From the NCBI GenBank assembly GCA_016937995.1, contig JAFGVM010000022.1, forward strand, positions 1-37,870: 37,870 bases of DNA, read 5' to 3'. Below the pieces are notes generated by a model, which saw nothing but the letters and a program-made list of their open reading frames with translations, was not told where the DNA came from and made no database searches. Position 1 is the first letter of the stretch; every line of letters starts with the position of its first letter. Position numbers and translations under genes: made by a program. The DNA comes from Candidatus Delongbacteria bacterium. Lineage in GTDB: Bacteria > UBA4055. Positions 8,244 through 17,976 of the stretch are shown piece by piece.

Positions 8244-11243
8244 TTACCTGTTGTTAATAGAAAATTCCTTTTCATTCTGGATAACTTTTTCCAGTACGAT
8301 CTTATGTTCATTAAAATCTTTACTTTCAGGGTCAAGCTCAAGATATTTGTTCACAACTTCAAGAGCTTTTTCATGGTCTTTATCAATAGAATATATTTGG
8401 AAGAGCAGATCAAGTCCTTCCTTGTCTTTAGGATTCAGCTCTGTATACTCTATCAGTGTTTTCTTAGCATTCTCTCTGTCACCACCCTGGTAAATAATAA
8501 CCGCAAATTCTTTGAAGACAGAATTTTTTAAATTTTCATCATTTTCCTTTTGTATTTCATTTGCAATAACAATCCGCATTTTTTCACACAATTCTATCTC
8601 ATCAACCTGTGCAAATCCGGCATAAATTTCAAAAAGTTTTTCGTATTTTGTCTCACCTTTATATTTGTATATATCATTAAGTATTTTGTCCAGGATAGTT
8701 GAACCGAATTCCTTAAAACCTTTTGAGGTGGCATAAAGCAGAAATCTGATCCTTTTTTTCATTGAAAGTTCTGAAATATCTATCTTTGAAAGAAGCTCCT
8801 CTCCCTGTTCTTTTTCGCCGATCCTGATGTACATTCCTGCAATCTCAGCCTGGATCATTTCACTTGTGTATGGAATGTTATCAGTCGGAATGTATTCTTC
8901 CATCTTGGAAAGTAAATACTTGATCTTTGTATTATTATTGAATTTATTAAATTCCTCAAATGTGTAAATTTCATTTACATTTATATCTTCTTTTATATTA
9001 TCTTCAGGAATTTTTTGCTCTTCATAGTACATGGCCAACTGCAGAAATGCACTTCTGTAATTTTGAAGCAATCTTATAATATTACTGTCAAAGTGAACAT
9101 TTTTATTTCCTAAATTTCTGTAATGATCAACATATCTCCTTAATATCCTATCGTACAGCGGTTCCGGTTCAATTCCTTTGTCCGCAGGATAATCTACGAC
9201 TCTGAAACAAAGACCGTCCATTCTCATATATTCGTCAAGACCTATAAAATTCGAAGCTGCGACAGTAACTGCAAAATAGATCGGTCTTTTCCAGTTGTTT
9301 ATAGCATTTCTTACTATCATTTCGAATACCATTAGGTCCTGGATCCTAAGGAAACCTTCAGGTTTACCATCCACCTGAACGTTCATTTTTGGGCCCATTT
9401 CCCATTCGACCATTGAATTTTTATCTTTAGAAGGCAGCTGGAGTTTCTTTTTCTCCGGCCAGTACCTTCTCATAAATCCTTCCTGAGTCATATGTTTCTG
9501 ATCAAAAAGATATTTTATCTCATCCTCAGTATACTGGACAAATTCAGGTATCCTCTTTTTTAACTGGCTTATATACCAGCCGGTATTCAAAAGTGACAGA
9601 TTAACAACAATAACATCCTTTCTGATACCTTCGACCTCCTGAAGATACCATACAGGGAATGTGTCATTATCACCGTTCGTAAAAAGTATCGCGTTCTCGT
9701 CACAGCTTTCTAAAATATTTTTAGAATAATCCCATGCAACGTAATTCCCTGTTCTGTTTGATGTAAAGAAGTTTGTCTTGAGCTCCATAATAGGGATTAT
9801 AAGAGCTATGAACACCAGGGGTATTATCAGTTTCTTTAATTTTCCGCCATCTTTGAAAGCTTCAGCTATAGATGTTATTCCCATACCGATCCAGATAGAG
9901 AATATGAAAAATGATCCAACATAGAAATAATCTCTTTCTCTAGGCTGCCCCCAATCCTGATTCTGATAAATAACAAGCCCAAGGCTCATAATGATGAAAA
10001 GTGCGAACATTGCTGTAGCCTTCTTCCAGTCTTTGAAGAAATGATGCAATGCACCCCAGATACCTGCGAACAAAGGTATCGCCAATAGACCGTTAAGGGA
10101 AACAGTTTGTTTTATCGCATCAAAATTCCTTCCAACGAATTGCCAGTTGAAATATCTGATATACATTTCAACGATCTGATATTTCCAGAAAAATACCCAG
10201 TGACCTTTCCACGGATCTCCATCACTGCCAGGAGTTACACCCATTTTCTCAAGCGATTCTAAATATTTTCTATTTGTCTCTCCAAAGAACATTGTGACAG
10301 CATTTTTAAGTTGCTGCTCATCACCATATTGCTCCCGGTTTAGATAAGCCATCATTCTTTCAAGATTTGACGGATCGTTCTCATTGATAGGAGGATTCAG
10401 TCCGGCTCTCAGATAGATCATAAGATAAGTTGAGTAACCAAGTATCAGTAATAACGGCATAATGAATGCCAGTGAAACATCAGCATATTCATCGCTTTTC
10501 TGGAAGACCCAGGTAAGAAAAATAAATACAAAAAGCGAGTATATTTTTATATCTAACGGGAATGCGAAAAGTACAAGAATGGAAAGGAAAACTCCTGAGC
10601 CAACTATGATACTTATCCTCTTATCGTAGAACCACATTATGAATATCACGACAGGTAAAGTAAGTATATTAAGTAAATGTACACCTGTTCCTAGACCTAC
10701 CAGTAACATCATTAGCAGTATATATTTAGCAGCATCATCTTCATTATGCTTTTCAGCCCAGACCAGCGCAAGCCAGATTATCATTGATGTGAAGAACATA
10801 CTTAAAGCATATACTTCAGCTTCAACAGCATTGAACCAGAATGTGTATGTAAATGCAAACGTCATAGCTCCAATAATTGAACTACCGTGAATTATAAAAT
10901 AATCGTAGAGGTCTGTAGGAGCACCTCGCCAGTTCTTTATAAGACGAACACTGGTCAGGTAGAGGATCAATACTGTAAATGAACTAGCAATAACAGATAT
11001 TAAATTAACCCTGAGACCTATATCTCCGACTACAGGTATCATTGAAAATATCCTTCCGAGCATCAAAAAGAATGGAGCACCCGGTGGATGGGGGATACCC
11101 ATAATGTATGATGTCGTGATAAATTCTCCACAATCCCAAAATGAAGCTGTTGGAGCTACAGTTATAAAGTAAACTATAAATGATATCAAAAATACCGATG
11201 CTCCCAGTATCCTGTTAATTCTGACTTCGTTAAAATCCTTCAT
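8244..11243 (-). CDS. DUF2723 / TMEM260-like membrane glycosyltransferase with C-terminal TPR-like helices
   Basis: 'APTASFWDCGEF', 'PHPPGAP', 'AVEAEVY', 'YLNREQYG', 'QPRERDYFY', 'FTNGDNDTFP', 'VNLSLLNT'; many TM segments and a TPR-like tail. Confidence 0.88.
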   Translation of the reverse strand: MKDFNEVRINRILGASVFLISFIVYFITVAPTASFWDCGEFITTSYIMGIPHPPGAPFFLMLGRIFSMIPVVGDIGLRVNLISVIASSFTVLILYLTSVRLIKNWRGAPTDLYDYFIIHGSSIIGAMTFAFTYTFWFNAVEAEVYALSMFFTSMIIWLALVWAEKHNEDDAAKYILLMMLLVGLGTGVHLLNILTLPVVIFIMWFYDKRISIIVGSGVFLSILVLFAFPLDIKIYSLFVFIFLTWVFQKSDEYADVSLAFIMPLLLILGYSTYLMIYLRAGLNPPINENDPSNLERMMAYLNREQYGDEQQLKNAVTMFFGETNRKYLESLEKMGVTPGSDGDPWKGHWVFFWKYQIVEMYIRYFNWQFVGRNFDAIKQTVSLNGLLAIPLFAGIWGALHHFFKDWKKATAMFALFIIMSLGLVIYQNQDWGQPRERDYFYVGSFFIFSIWIGMGITSIAEAFKDGGKLKKLIIPLVFIALIIPIMELKTNFFTSNRTGNYVAWDYSKNILESCDENAILFTNGDNDTFPVWYLQEVEGIRKDVIVVNLSLLNTGWYISQLKKRIPEFVQYTEDEIKYLFDQKHMTQEGFMRRYWPEKKKLQLPSKDKNSMVEWEMGPKMNVQVDGKPEGFLRIQDLMVFEMIVRNAINNWKRPIYFAVTVAASNFIGLDEYMRMDGLCFRVVDYPADKGIEPEPLYDRILRRYVDHYRNLGNKNVHFDSNIIRLLQNYRSAFLQLAMYYEEQKIPEDNIKEDINVNEIYTFEEFNKFNNNTKIKYLLSKMEEYIPTDNIPYTSEMIQAEIAGMYIRIGEKEQGEELLSKIDISELSMKKRIRFLLYATSKGFKEFGSTILDKILNDIYKYKGETKYEKLFEIYAGFAQVDEIELCEKMRIVIANEIQKENDENLKNSVFKEFAVIIYQGGDRENAKKTLIEYTELNPKDKEGLDLLFQIYSIDKDHEKALEVVNKYLELDPESKDFNEHKIVLEKVIQNEKEFSINNR

Positions 11244-11676
11244 TTAATTTTCCATTTAATTTAAATTTCAATTTATTTACGAAAATATAAACCGCTACTG
11301 ATACAATAATGCCGGTTATATCTGCAACAACATCAAGTATATCAGGGTCTCTTACACCACCGAATATGCCTGATGAAAAGTAACCTACGAACCCCTGATG
11401 TATCTCATCAGATACCGCATATAATGATCCGGCCAGGACAGTAAAAATAACCGTTCTCTTGATATACATTTTCTTTGAAAGAATAAAATATCTGATAAAT
11501 AGAACTCCAAGAATAAAATACTCGATTAGATGGATCACCTTGTCCTTGTAAATAAAACCATGACTTGAAGTTTTTATATTCAGACCTGAAACAACAAAGA
11601 TCAAGATCAAATATGCAAGAAGTGTGTATTTTGTACTTCTGCATGAATTGATGTATGTGAGTAGTGGTCTTATCAA
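11230..11676 (-). CDS. VanZ family membrane protein
   Basis: 'DKVIHLIEYFILG', 'YAVSDEIHQGFV' and 'R..DILDVVADITG'. Confidence 0.88.
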   Translation of the reverse strand: MIRPLLTYINSCRSTKYTLLAYLILIFVVSGLNIKTSSHGFIYKDKVIHLIEYFILGVLFIRYFILSKKMYIKRTVIFTVLAGSLYAVSDEIHQGFVGYFSSGIFGGVRDPDILDVVADITGIIVSVAVYIFVNKLKFKLNGKLNEGF

Positions 11677-11679
11677 ATT

Positions 11680-12651
11680 CTACCCTATCTCTTCTGAAAA
11701 AGATTCTTTGATCTGAGCAACGTTCATTTTTTTACCTAAGAGAACCATAAGTTTCAGTCTGGCTTTTTCTCCTTTTAGATCTCCGGCCATAATTGCTCCT
11801 GCCTCCTCAAGCTGTCTCGCTCCGCCTTCATATGCATAAATTCCAAGAACTCTTCCGTTAGGAACTCTTGAAGTTATTATAACAGGGATCCCCTTGCTGA
11901 TAGCATCTAAAATACCTGCCTTTATCTCAGGATTAACATTCCCTCTACCAAAAGCTTCTATAACGATCCCTTTTACGCCCGAGTCGATAGAACAATCAAT
12001 AAATTTTCTGCCAATACCTGAGTAGAGTTTGATCAGCTCAACTCTGTATTCTAAATTTTCTACCTGATACTTATATCTCAATTCTGATCTTCTGTAGTAA
12101 ATAACATCGTCAGCATCAACGATACCCAAAATACCATAATGCGGTGCCTCAAAAGCATTGGTCAGGTTAGTCGATGATTTATATACTTCCCTTGCACTGA
12201 AAATCTCATCATTTATCACAAGGACTACTCCTCTGTCCATACTTTTTTTATTTGAAGCGACTCTTATTGCATTAAGCAGATTCCTGGGCCCGTCAAGACC
12301 GCTTTCCTCATTTGACCTCATCGCTGCTGTAAGTACAATAGGCTTAAGTGTCTGGAGTGTAAGGAATAGCATGTATGCCGTTTCTTCCACTGTATCAGTA
12401 CCATGAGTAATAACCACACCGTCAAATTCATCGATCACACTCGTAATGTAATTTGAAAGCTCGAACATCATCTGCGGAGTCATCATTGGGCTTGGAATAT
12501 TACTGAATTCATAGAGAGTAAAGTCAGCTACTGTACTTATCTGCGGTATTAGTTCCAGTATCTCTTTTCCGCTTAATGAGGGTACAACTCCATTGAATGA
12601 AGCTTTCATTGATATTGTACCGCCGGTCGTAATCACTAATATTTTTTTCAT
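11680..12651 (-). CDS. L-asparaginase (cytoplasmic, no signal peptide)
   Basis: 'TTGGTISM', 'ITHGTDTVEETAY', 'AAMRS', 'DGPRNL' and 'GRGNV'. Confidence 0.92.
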   Translation of the reverse strand: MKKILVITTGGTISMKASFNGVVPSLSGKEILELIPQISTVADFTLYEFSNIPSPMMTPQMMFELSNYITSVIDEFDGVVITHGTDTVEETAYMLFLTLQTLKPIVLTAAMRSNEESGLDGPRNLLNAIRVASNKKSMDRGVVLVINDEIFSAREVYKSSTNLTNAFEAPHYGILGIVDADDVIYYRRSELRYKYQVENLEYRVELIKLYSGIGRKFIDCSIDSGVKGIVIEAFGRGNVNPEIKAGILDAISKGIPVIITSRVPNGRVLGIYAYEGGARQLEEAGAIMAGDLKGEKARLKLMVLLGKKMNVAQIKESFSEEIG

Positions 12652-12915
12652 CTTCTTATTCTCTGATTTCTATTTGGTGCATGACTACGCTTTTACTTGT
12701 AAAGGCTCAATTGCGTTCATAATATACAAATATATATTATATATTGTCTTAAGTTGAGCGGCTTAAATTTATAAAACAAGACACCAATTATCAAGCAAAA
12801 TATAAGTGTATACTCTAATTGCATTTTAAATCCATAATATATTTATCCCTGTAAGTATAAATGAACAAAGAATTTTTCAAGCATAATTTAATCCTAAAAA
12901 AAATGATTTTTTTTC

Positions 12916-12944
12916 TTGACAATCAATAGCTTTGAGTTTAGATT
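12916..12944 (+). promoter_or_regulatory. Sigma70 promoter for the small Zn-ribbon gene
   Basis: TTGACA (12916-12921), 17-nt spacer, TAGATT (12939-12944). Confidence 0.65.
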
Positions 12945-13006
12945 GCTTACATTAAGGCTAAAAAATAATTTTTCAAGAAGAAGTGAACTAAAAAAAGGAG
13001 TCAGAA

Positions 13007-13162
13007 ATGGCAAAAAAAGAAATAGGTTATTGCGTTAAGTGCAGAGCAAAAAAAGAGTTCAAAGATGCAAAAAAAGTTACTATGAAGAACGGTAGACCAG
13101 CTTTAAAAGGTAAGTGCTCTACTTGTGGAACTGGAATGTACAAGATATTATCTTCTAAGTAA
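13007..13162 (+). CDS. 51-aa basic Zn-ribbon protein, DUF5679-type (absent from the ORF track)
   Basis: Manual translation: MAKKEIGYCVKCRAKKEFKDAKKVTMKNGRPALKGKCSTCGTGMYKILSSK. Strong AAGGAG RBS, upstream promoter and downstream terminator. Confidence 0.9.
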   Translation: MAKKEIGYCVKCRAKKEFKDAKKVTMKNGRPALKGKCSTCGTGMYKILSSK

Positions 13163-13183
13163 TATTAGCTTAAAGATAGTTCT

Positions 13184-13211
13184 AAAGGGAAGTTTAAACT
13201 TCCCTTTTTTT
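13184..13211 (+). terminator. Intrinsic terminator
   Basis: Perfect palindrome AAAGGGAAGTTTAAACTTCCCTTT running into a T tract. Confidence 0.8.
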
Positions 13212-13236
13212 ATTTCTATTACATTTGGAACTAAAA

Positions 13237-14094
13237 ATGATTTTTTTTGTTTTTAATAAAATTTCAGGAACCTATACAGAGGAAAGAGAAATCCTTATCC
13301 GAACCAGATCCTTGAAATTATTCGAAAATAACTTTAAAATTACATATACTTTGCCTAAGGGAGATCTTTTTGTTCCAGATATCGACCCTGATAATATAGT
13401 TCATGGAGATATTATTGTGGCAGTGGGTGGAGATGGTACAATAAATCTGTGCTTACAGTTTATTCATGATAATTTACTCTCAGAAAAAGTTTCTCTGGGT
13501 TCTATTCCAGCAGGCACCGGCAATAACATGGTAAAAATATCAGGACTTAGTAAGGATGTGGTTAAATCAATTGATATCATTAAAAATAATCTGACAAGAG
13601 AATTACGGTATGGTACTATAAACGACAAAAAGGTATTTTTTAACTTCAGCCTCGGTTTTACATCATTTGTATTAAATAATCGAAGAACAAATTCGTTGAT
13701 CGGTTACGCTTTTGATGGGATCAGAAGTTATTTCAGTTATAACGGGGTATATGTTAAGATACTTTCAGATATTAGCATTATTGAAAAAAAAGTTTTCATT
13801 GCTTTGTTTATTAATACAAGCCATTATTTGTCTTTTATAAGGCTGATCAAAGAAAATGATACCAGCGGATATTTGAACTTATTTTATCTTACCGGAAGCA
13901 GTAAATTCGTTAACATCATAAAATTGTTACCATTACTGTTTGGAATTAATTTTTTAAAAAAACAAAGATTGAATGATCTGACCATAGAGCTTCAAGATGA
14001 TCAGCAAATTGAAGTGGATGGTGATATTTATGAAACTAATGAGAAAATATTACGTATAAAAAATTCGAATATTATAAATTTCATCTCGGGTTAA
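13237..14094 (+). CDS. Diacylglycerol kinase family lipid kinase (YegS/DagK-like)
   Basis: 'VAVGGDGTIN', 'IPAGTGNN' and 'EVDGD'. Start is ATG 13237 or TTG 13225. Confidence 0.85.
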   Translation: MIFFVFNKISGTYTEEREILIRTRSLKLFENNFKITYTLPKGDLFVPDIDPDNIVHGDIIVAVGGDGTINLCLQFIHDNLLSEKVSLGSIPAGTGNNMVKISGLSKDVVKSIDIIKNNLTRELRYGTINDKKVFFNFSLGFTSFVLNNRRTNSLIGYAFDGIRSYFSYNGVYVKILSDISIIEKKVFIALFINTSHYLSFIRLIKENDTSGYLNLFYLTGSSKFVNIIKLLPLLFGINFLKKQRLNDLTIELQDDQQIEVDGDIYETNEKILRIKNSNIINFISG

Positions 14095-14156
14095 AATAAA
14101 TGACAACTTTTTTTTATCTTTTCGGTCGAAAAGTAAAAAATTTAAAGGAGTATAAA

Positions 14157-16571
14157 ATGTTCAGAAGAAATGCATTACTAATTTTTGTAGTATTGTTAGC
14201 GCAAAATCTATTCTCACTCGGTTTCTCATACAACAACACCGGAATAGCCTCAGAAAGACTGGCTTTCAAGGTAATTAAAAATCCATCGCTGTTAGGTTAT
14301 GATCCTTCAGTAAGTATTTTGGCTTATGCTGATCACAATGATGAAAAGATCAACGGTAACGGGCTTTACTTTGCGTTCAACACTTTGGGTTTTGGTTATG
14401 CAAAAGATATGAATGATAAGGAATATTATATTATTTCAAGTGGCAGCAAAACTACTGATGGTGTATATTTTGGTTCCGCTTTAAGATGGTTCAATACAGA
14501 CATGGATCCTGAATATGACCTTTCGTTAACTCTTAGACCTGCAAAATATCTTTCAATAGCTGGAAATGTTCATAATTTATTTCAGGCTAATTCCAACAAT
14601 ATTACCACTGATGCAGGAATTGCATACAGACCATTGTCAAATACGAAATTACAATTACTTGCAGATATTTCTTTCATTGACGATAAGATTGACCAATCAT
14701 TTTACAATATTGGATTATCCAGTGAGATCATGGATGGAATTACTTTATCAGCAGGTTATGCGAACAGTATGGTCGAAAATTCTGATCCTGTCTACTCTCT
14801 GGCAATTAATTTTTCAAGTGGATTAACTAACTTAGGTACAACCTCAACTATATATGATAATGCAGATATGAACTCATATAATACCTACTTTCAAGTTTCT
14901 AATCTGAAGGGACCTAAGTTCATCAAGTTAAAGAACAGTAAAATGATCGAGATAATTCTTGAAGGTGAATACAAAGAAGAAATACCTAAAGAAAATTTCT
15001 TAAGTTCCATGATAGGAAAAAAGGGTAAGACCACAAGGAATCTGATAAATGTGATCAATAAATATCAGGATGACCCTGAAATAGCCGGAATTCTTCTTAA
15101 AACTAAAAATTATTCCATGACCTTTGCACAGAGAGAAGAATTGAGAGATGCATTAAAAGATTTTAAGAATAATGGAAAGAAAATAATAACATACTTTATA
15201 AGTTCATCTCAATCGAATTATTTCCTAACATCTGTTTCAGATAAAATATTTATGTATCCTGAAGGCGAAATTCAGCTTGCGGGTATTGGTATTGAAATGA
15301 TGTTCTTCAGGAATATACTTGATAAACTCGGTATCAAAGCCCAGATCATAAGACATGGTAAGTTCAAAGCTGCTGTTGAACCTTTTATGCTTGATAAGGC
15401 AAGTGATGAGAATGTTGAACAATTGGATAAATATCTGACCATCCTTGATGATTATTTGAAAAATAATATCAGTGAAGGACGAAATATTTCTATAGAAAAA
15501 TTGAATGAGATATTTGATACTGTACCTTACCATACAGCTGCTTCAGCAAAAGAGTTCAATTTAATAGATGATTTTTTTCCTGAGAATAAACTTGAGGATA
15601 AGATCAAAGAAGTAATGGGTAAAAAAGTTAAAATTATTCCTTCAAAGGATCATTTGATAGCTTTAAATGAAAAGGATATCTGGAAAAGTATAGGTCAGGG
15701 AAAAATCGCTATAGTATATGCGACAGGTTCAATTAACACCGGCAAGAGCAGTAACGGAGGATTCCTGTCAGGTTCTGTTATGGGAAGTGAAACTACCGCT
15801 AAACTGATAAGAAAAGCCAGGAAAGATAAAAATGTTAAAGCGATCGTATTCAGAGTTGATTCCGGTGGAGGAAGCGGTCTGGCATCTGATATAATACTGA
15901 ACGAACTAAGACTGGCTCAGACCGAAAATAAGAAGCCCGTCATTGTATCTATGGGTAGTATGGCTGCTTCAGGAGGTTACTGGATTTCCTGCTATGCTGA
16001 TAAGATTTTTGCAGATAATACGACTTTAACAGGTTCTATCGGAGTTTTCGGCATAATCCCTTCTTTTGAAGAACTTGCTACAAAAGTCGGTGTTACGACC
16101 CAGAAGATCAAAAAGAATAAATATGCAGCAAATTCTTTCTTTAAAGACCTGACTCCTGAAGAGATCGACTTTACTCAAAAACTTGTTGATGATTTTTATG
16201 ATGGTTTTATTAAAAAAGTGGCAGATGCTAGAAATATGAAAGTTGAAGATGTTGATAAGATAGCAGAAGGCAGGATCTGGGGCGCGGAAGATGCAAAAAA
16301 AATAGGTATTATCGATGAGATAGGTAATCTTAACGATGCTGTAAAATACGCAGCTGAATCTGTTGGGATTAAAGATATTGATGTTACTGACCTGAGCATC
16401 TATACAAAATCAGGTCAATTCAGCATATCGGATATTTTAACTATGGGAGTAACAGAGAAAATCAGTGAGATCATTCCTGTTGAGACCAGTACAATTTCAA
16501 CTGTTCTGAAACTGCAGGAGAACAACGAGAAGATCCTACTGATGCTGCCATATGACCTGGAGATCAAATAA
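14157..16571 (+). CDS. sppA: Signal peptide peptidase SppA (S49, two-domain) with signal peptide and predicted N-terminal beta-barrel
   Basis: 'GKFKAAVEPF' (Lys), 'RVDSGGGS', 'SMGSMAASGGYWIS' (Ser), 'TGSIGV', 'AEGRIWGAEDA'. ATG 14157 follows AAGGAG. Confidence 0.9.
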   Translation: MFRRNALLIFVVLLAQNLFSLGFSYNNTGIASERLAFKVIKNPSLLGYDPSVSILAYADHNDEKINGNGLYFAFNTLGFGYAKDMNDKEYYIISSGSKTTDGVYFGSALRWFNTDMDPEYDLSLTLRPAKYLSIAGNVHNLFQANSNNITTDAGIAYRPLSNTKLQLLADISFIDDKIDQSFYNIGLSSEIMDGITLSAGYANSMVENSDPVYSLAINFSSGLTNLGTTSTIYDNADMNSYNTYFQVSNLKGPKFIKLKNSKMIEIILEGEYKEEIPKENFLSSMIGKKGKTTRNLINVINKYQDDPEIAGILLKTKNYSMTFAQREELRDALKDFKNNGKKIITYFISSSQSNYFLTSVSDKIFMYPEGEIQLAGIGIEMMFFRNILDKLGIKAQIIRHGKFKAAVEPFMLDKASDENVEQLDKYLTILDDYLKNNISEGRNISIEKLNEIFDTVPYHTAASAKEFNLIDDFFPENKLEDKIKEVMGKKVKIIPSKDHLIALNEKDIWKSIGQGKIAIVYATGSINTGKSSNGGFLSGSVMGSETTAKLIRKARKDKNVKAIVFRVDSGGGSGLASDIILNELRLAQTENKKPVIVSMGSMAASGGYWISCYADKIFADNTTLTGSIGVFGIIPSFEELATKVGVTTQKIKKNKYAANSFFKDLTPEEIDFTQKLVDDFYDGFIKKVADARNMKVEDVDKIAEGRIWGAEDAKKIGIIDEIGNLNDAVKYAAESVGIKDIDVTDLSIYTKSGQFSISDILTMGVTEKISEIIPVETSTISTVLKLQENNEKILLMLPYDLEIK

Positions 16572-16576
16572 TCTGT

Positions 16577-16601
16577 AAAGGCGTTGCTGGTCAACGCCTT
16601 T
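16577..16601 (+). terminator. Hairpin after sppA (terminator or REP-like)
   Basis: AAAGGCGTTG-ctggt-CAACGCCTTT followed by a T-rich tract. Confidence 0.65.
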
Positions 16602-16724
16602 AATTTTACGTTTAGATCAACTGTTTTTTATTTCACAATTTTTATTTTATTTCACTTGACTATTGTTCTGTTAAAATTAAATTTCTTCCATAGAAAATTA
16701 TAGCAAAAAAAACGAGAAAATATA

Positions 16725-17360
16725 ATGAATACGGTTTCACAAAGAACAATTGAGCGTTTGAGTTTATACAGAAGAAGATTAATGGTTGAACTTGCTGACA
16801 AAGATTACATTTTTTCACATCAGCTTGCTAAACTGGCAAATTCAACTGCAGCCCAGGTGAGAAGGGACCTGATGCATTTAGGTTATACAGGAGTGCCCAG
16901 AAAAGGTTACAAGATCAAAGACCTGATCTCATGTATAAGTAAATTTCTTGACCCTACACATATTGAAAATGTTGTTATAGTGGGTGTTGGTAATTTAGGT
17001 AAGGCTTTATTAACATTCTTTAAAGGAAGAAGGCCGAAATTATCATTGGTTGCATGTTTCGATATAGATGAAAATAAGGTTGGAACTGAGATAGCTGGAG
17101 TTCCATGCTACCATCTGAATGAAATGCCTCAGAGGATCAAGGAACTAAAAGTAAATATAGGTATTATAAGTTCAACAGAAAATGCTACTAAAGCTATTTC
17201 TGAAATGATGATCGCCGCAGGTATAAGATCAATAATCAATTTTACTTGTTATCCACTGAATATTGCAGATTCAGAGAATGTTTTCCTTGAGCAGATAGAT
17301 ATTACAGCTTCATTTGAAAAAGCTGCATATTTCTCAAAAACACATTTAAAGAAATTGTAA
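16725..17360 (+). CDS. rex: Redox-sensing transcriptional repressor Rex
   Basis: 'TIERLSLYRR', 'AQVRRDLMHLG..G..RKGY', Rossmann 'VGVGNLGKAL', 'FDID' and 'IINF'. Confidence 0.95.
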   Translation: MNTVSQRTIERLSLYRRRLMVELADKDYIFSHQLAKLANSTAAQVRRDLMHLGYTGVPRKGYKIKDLISCISKFLDPTHIENVVIVGVGNLGKALLTFFKGRRPKLSLVACFDIDENKVGTEIAGVPCYHLNEMPQRIKELKVNIGIISSTENATKAISEMMIAAGIRSIINFTCYPLNIADSENVFLEQIDITASFEKAAYFSKTHLKKL

Positions 17361-17373
17361 CCAAAATAATATG

Positions 17374-17403
17374 TAAAAAGGCGATCAATTGATCGCCTTT
17401 TTA
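17374..17403. terminator. Bidirectional terminator (perfect 30-bp palindrome)
   Basis: TAAAAAGGCGATCAA|TTGATCGCCTTTTTA, between rex and the convergent ORF whose 3' end it overlaps. Confidence 0.7.
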
Positions 17404-17975
17404 ATTACATTCTCGAAATAATACACAAGAATATCATATGGTTCTTCTATGTCTGACCATGTATAGTTCCTTCCGAACTGATCTGTTCTATTATTTGAAA
17501 AAATCGTATGATTACCTTTTAACATACTCCAGTAATTCAGAAATGAATAATGATCCAGAGAAAATTTAACGCCGAAAGCCAGAGAAAATATCTTTAAACT
17601 CTGCTTTGTTTTTTCAAGGTCTAGCCTTGAAACTCTCTCAAATAATTTAGTATCTGAAATTATATTATCCGTATGTTGCTTTGCATAAAGATATTCCGCT
17701 ATGAATTGATCGGTAAATAACAGGGTAGAGGTCTTCATGACCTTTGTTTCAAACAGCTTATCGATACCGTCTTCAATTAACTTTAATTTATCACTGTCAA
17801 TATTTCGCTTTGTTCTCGAAATATCAACAAAAATGTACCATTCAGAGATCTTATCAAAGATCTTCAGGTAATTAAATTCTTTAAGATGCTTAACGTCTTT
17901 CAGAACTTTATAAGCCTGATAGATAAATGTGACAATGAATATAAAACCTAATATATATAGAGAATACTTTAGCAT
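17385..17975 (-). CDS. Hypothetical protein with an N-terminal TM anchor
   Basis: 196-aa ORF starting 1 nt after the murA stop, with a hydrophobic N-terminus. Confidence 0.65.
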   Translation of the reverse strand: MLKYSLYILGFIFIVTFIYQAYKVLKDVKHLKEFNYLKIFDKISEWYIFVDISRTKRNIDSDKLKLIEDGIDKLFETKVMKTSTLLFTDQFIAEYLYAKQHTDNIISDTKLFERVSRLDLEKTKQSLKIFSLAFGVKFSLDHYSFLNYWSMLKGNHTIFSNNRTDQFGRNYTWSDIEEPYDILVYYFENVIKKAIN

Positions 17976-17976
17976 T

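Noticed and set aside
12685-12720. Mini-ORF MNAIEPLQVKA upstream of asparaginase as a leader peptide
   Set aside because: No RBS, no Asn/Asp-rich run and no attenuator structure visible.
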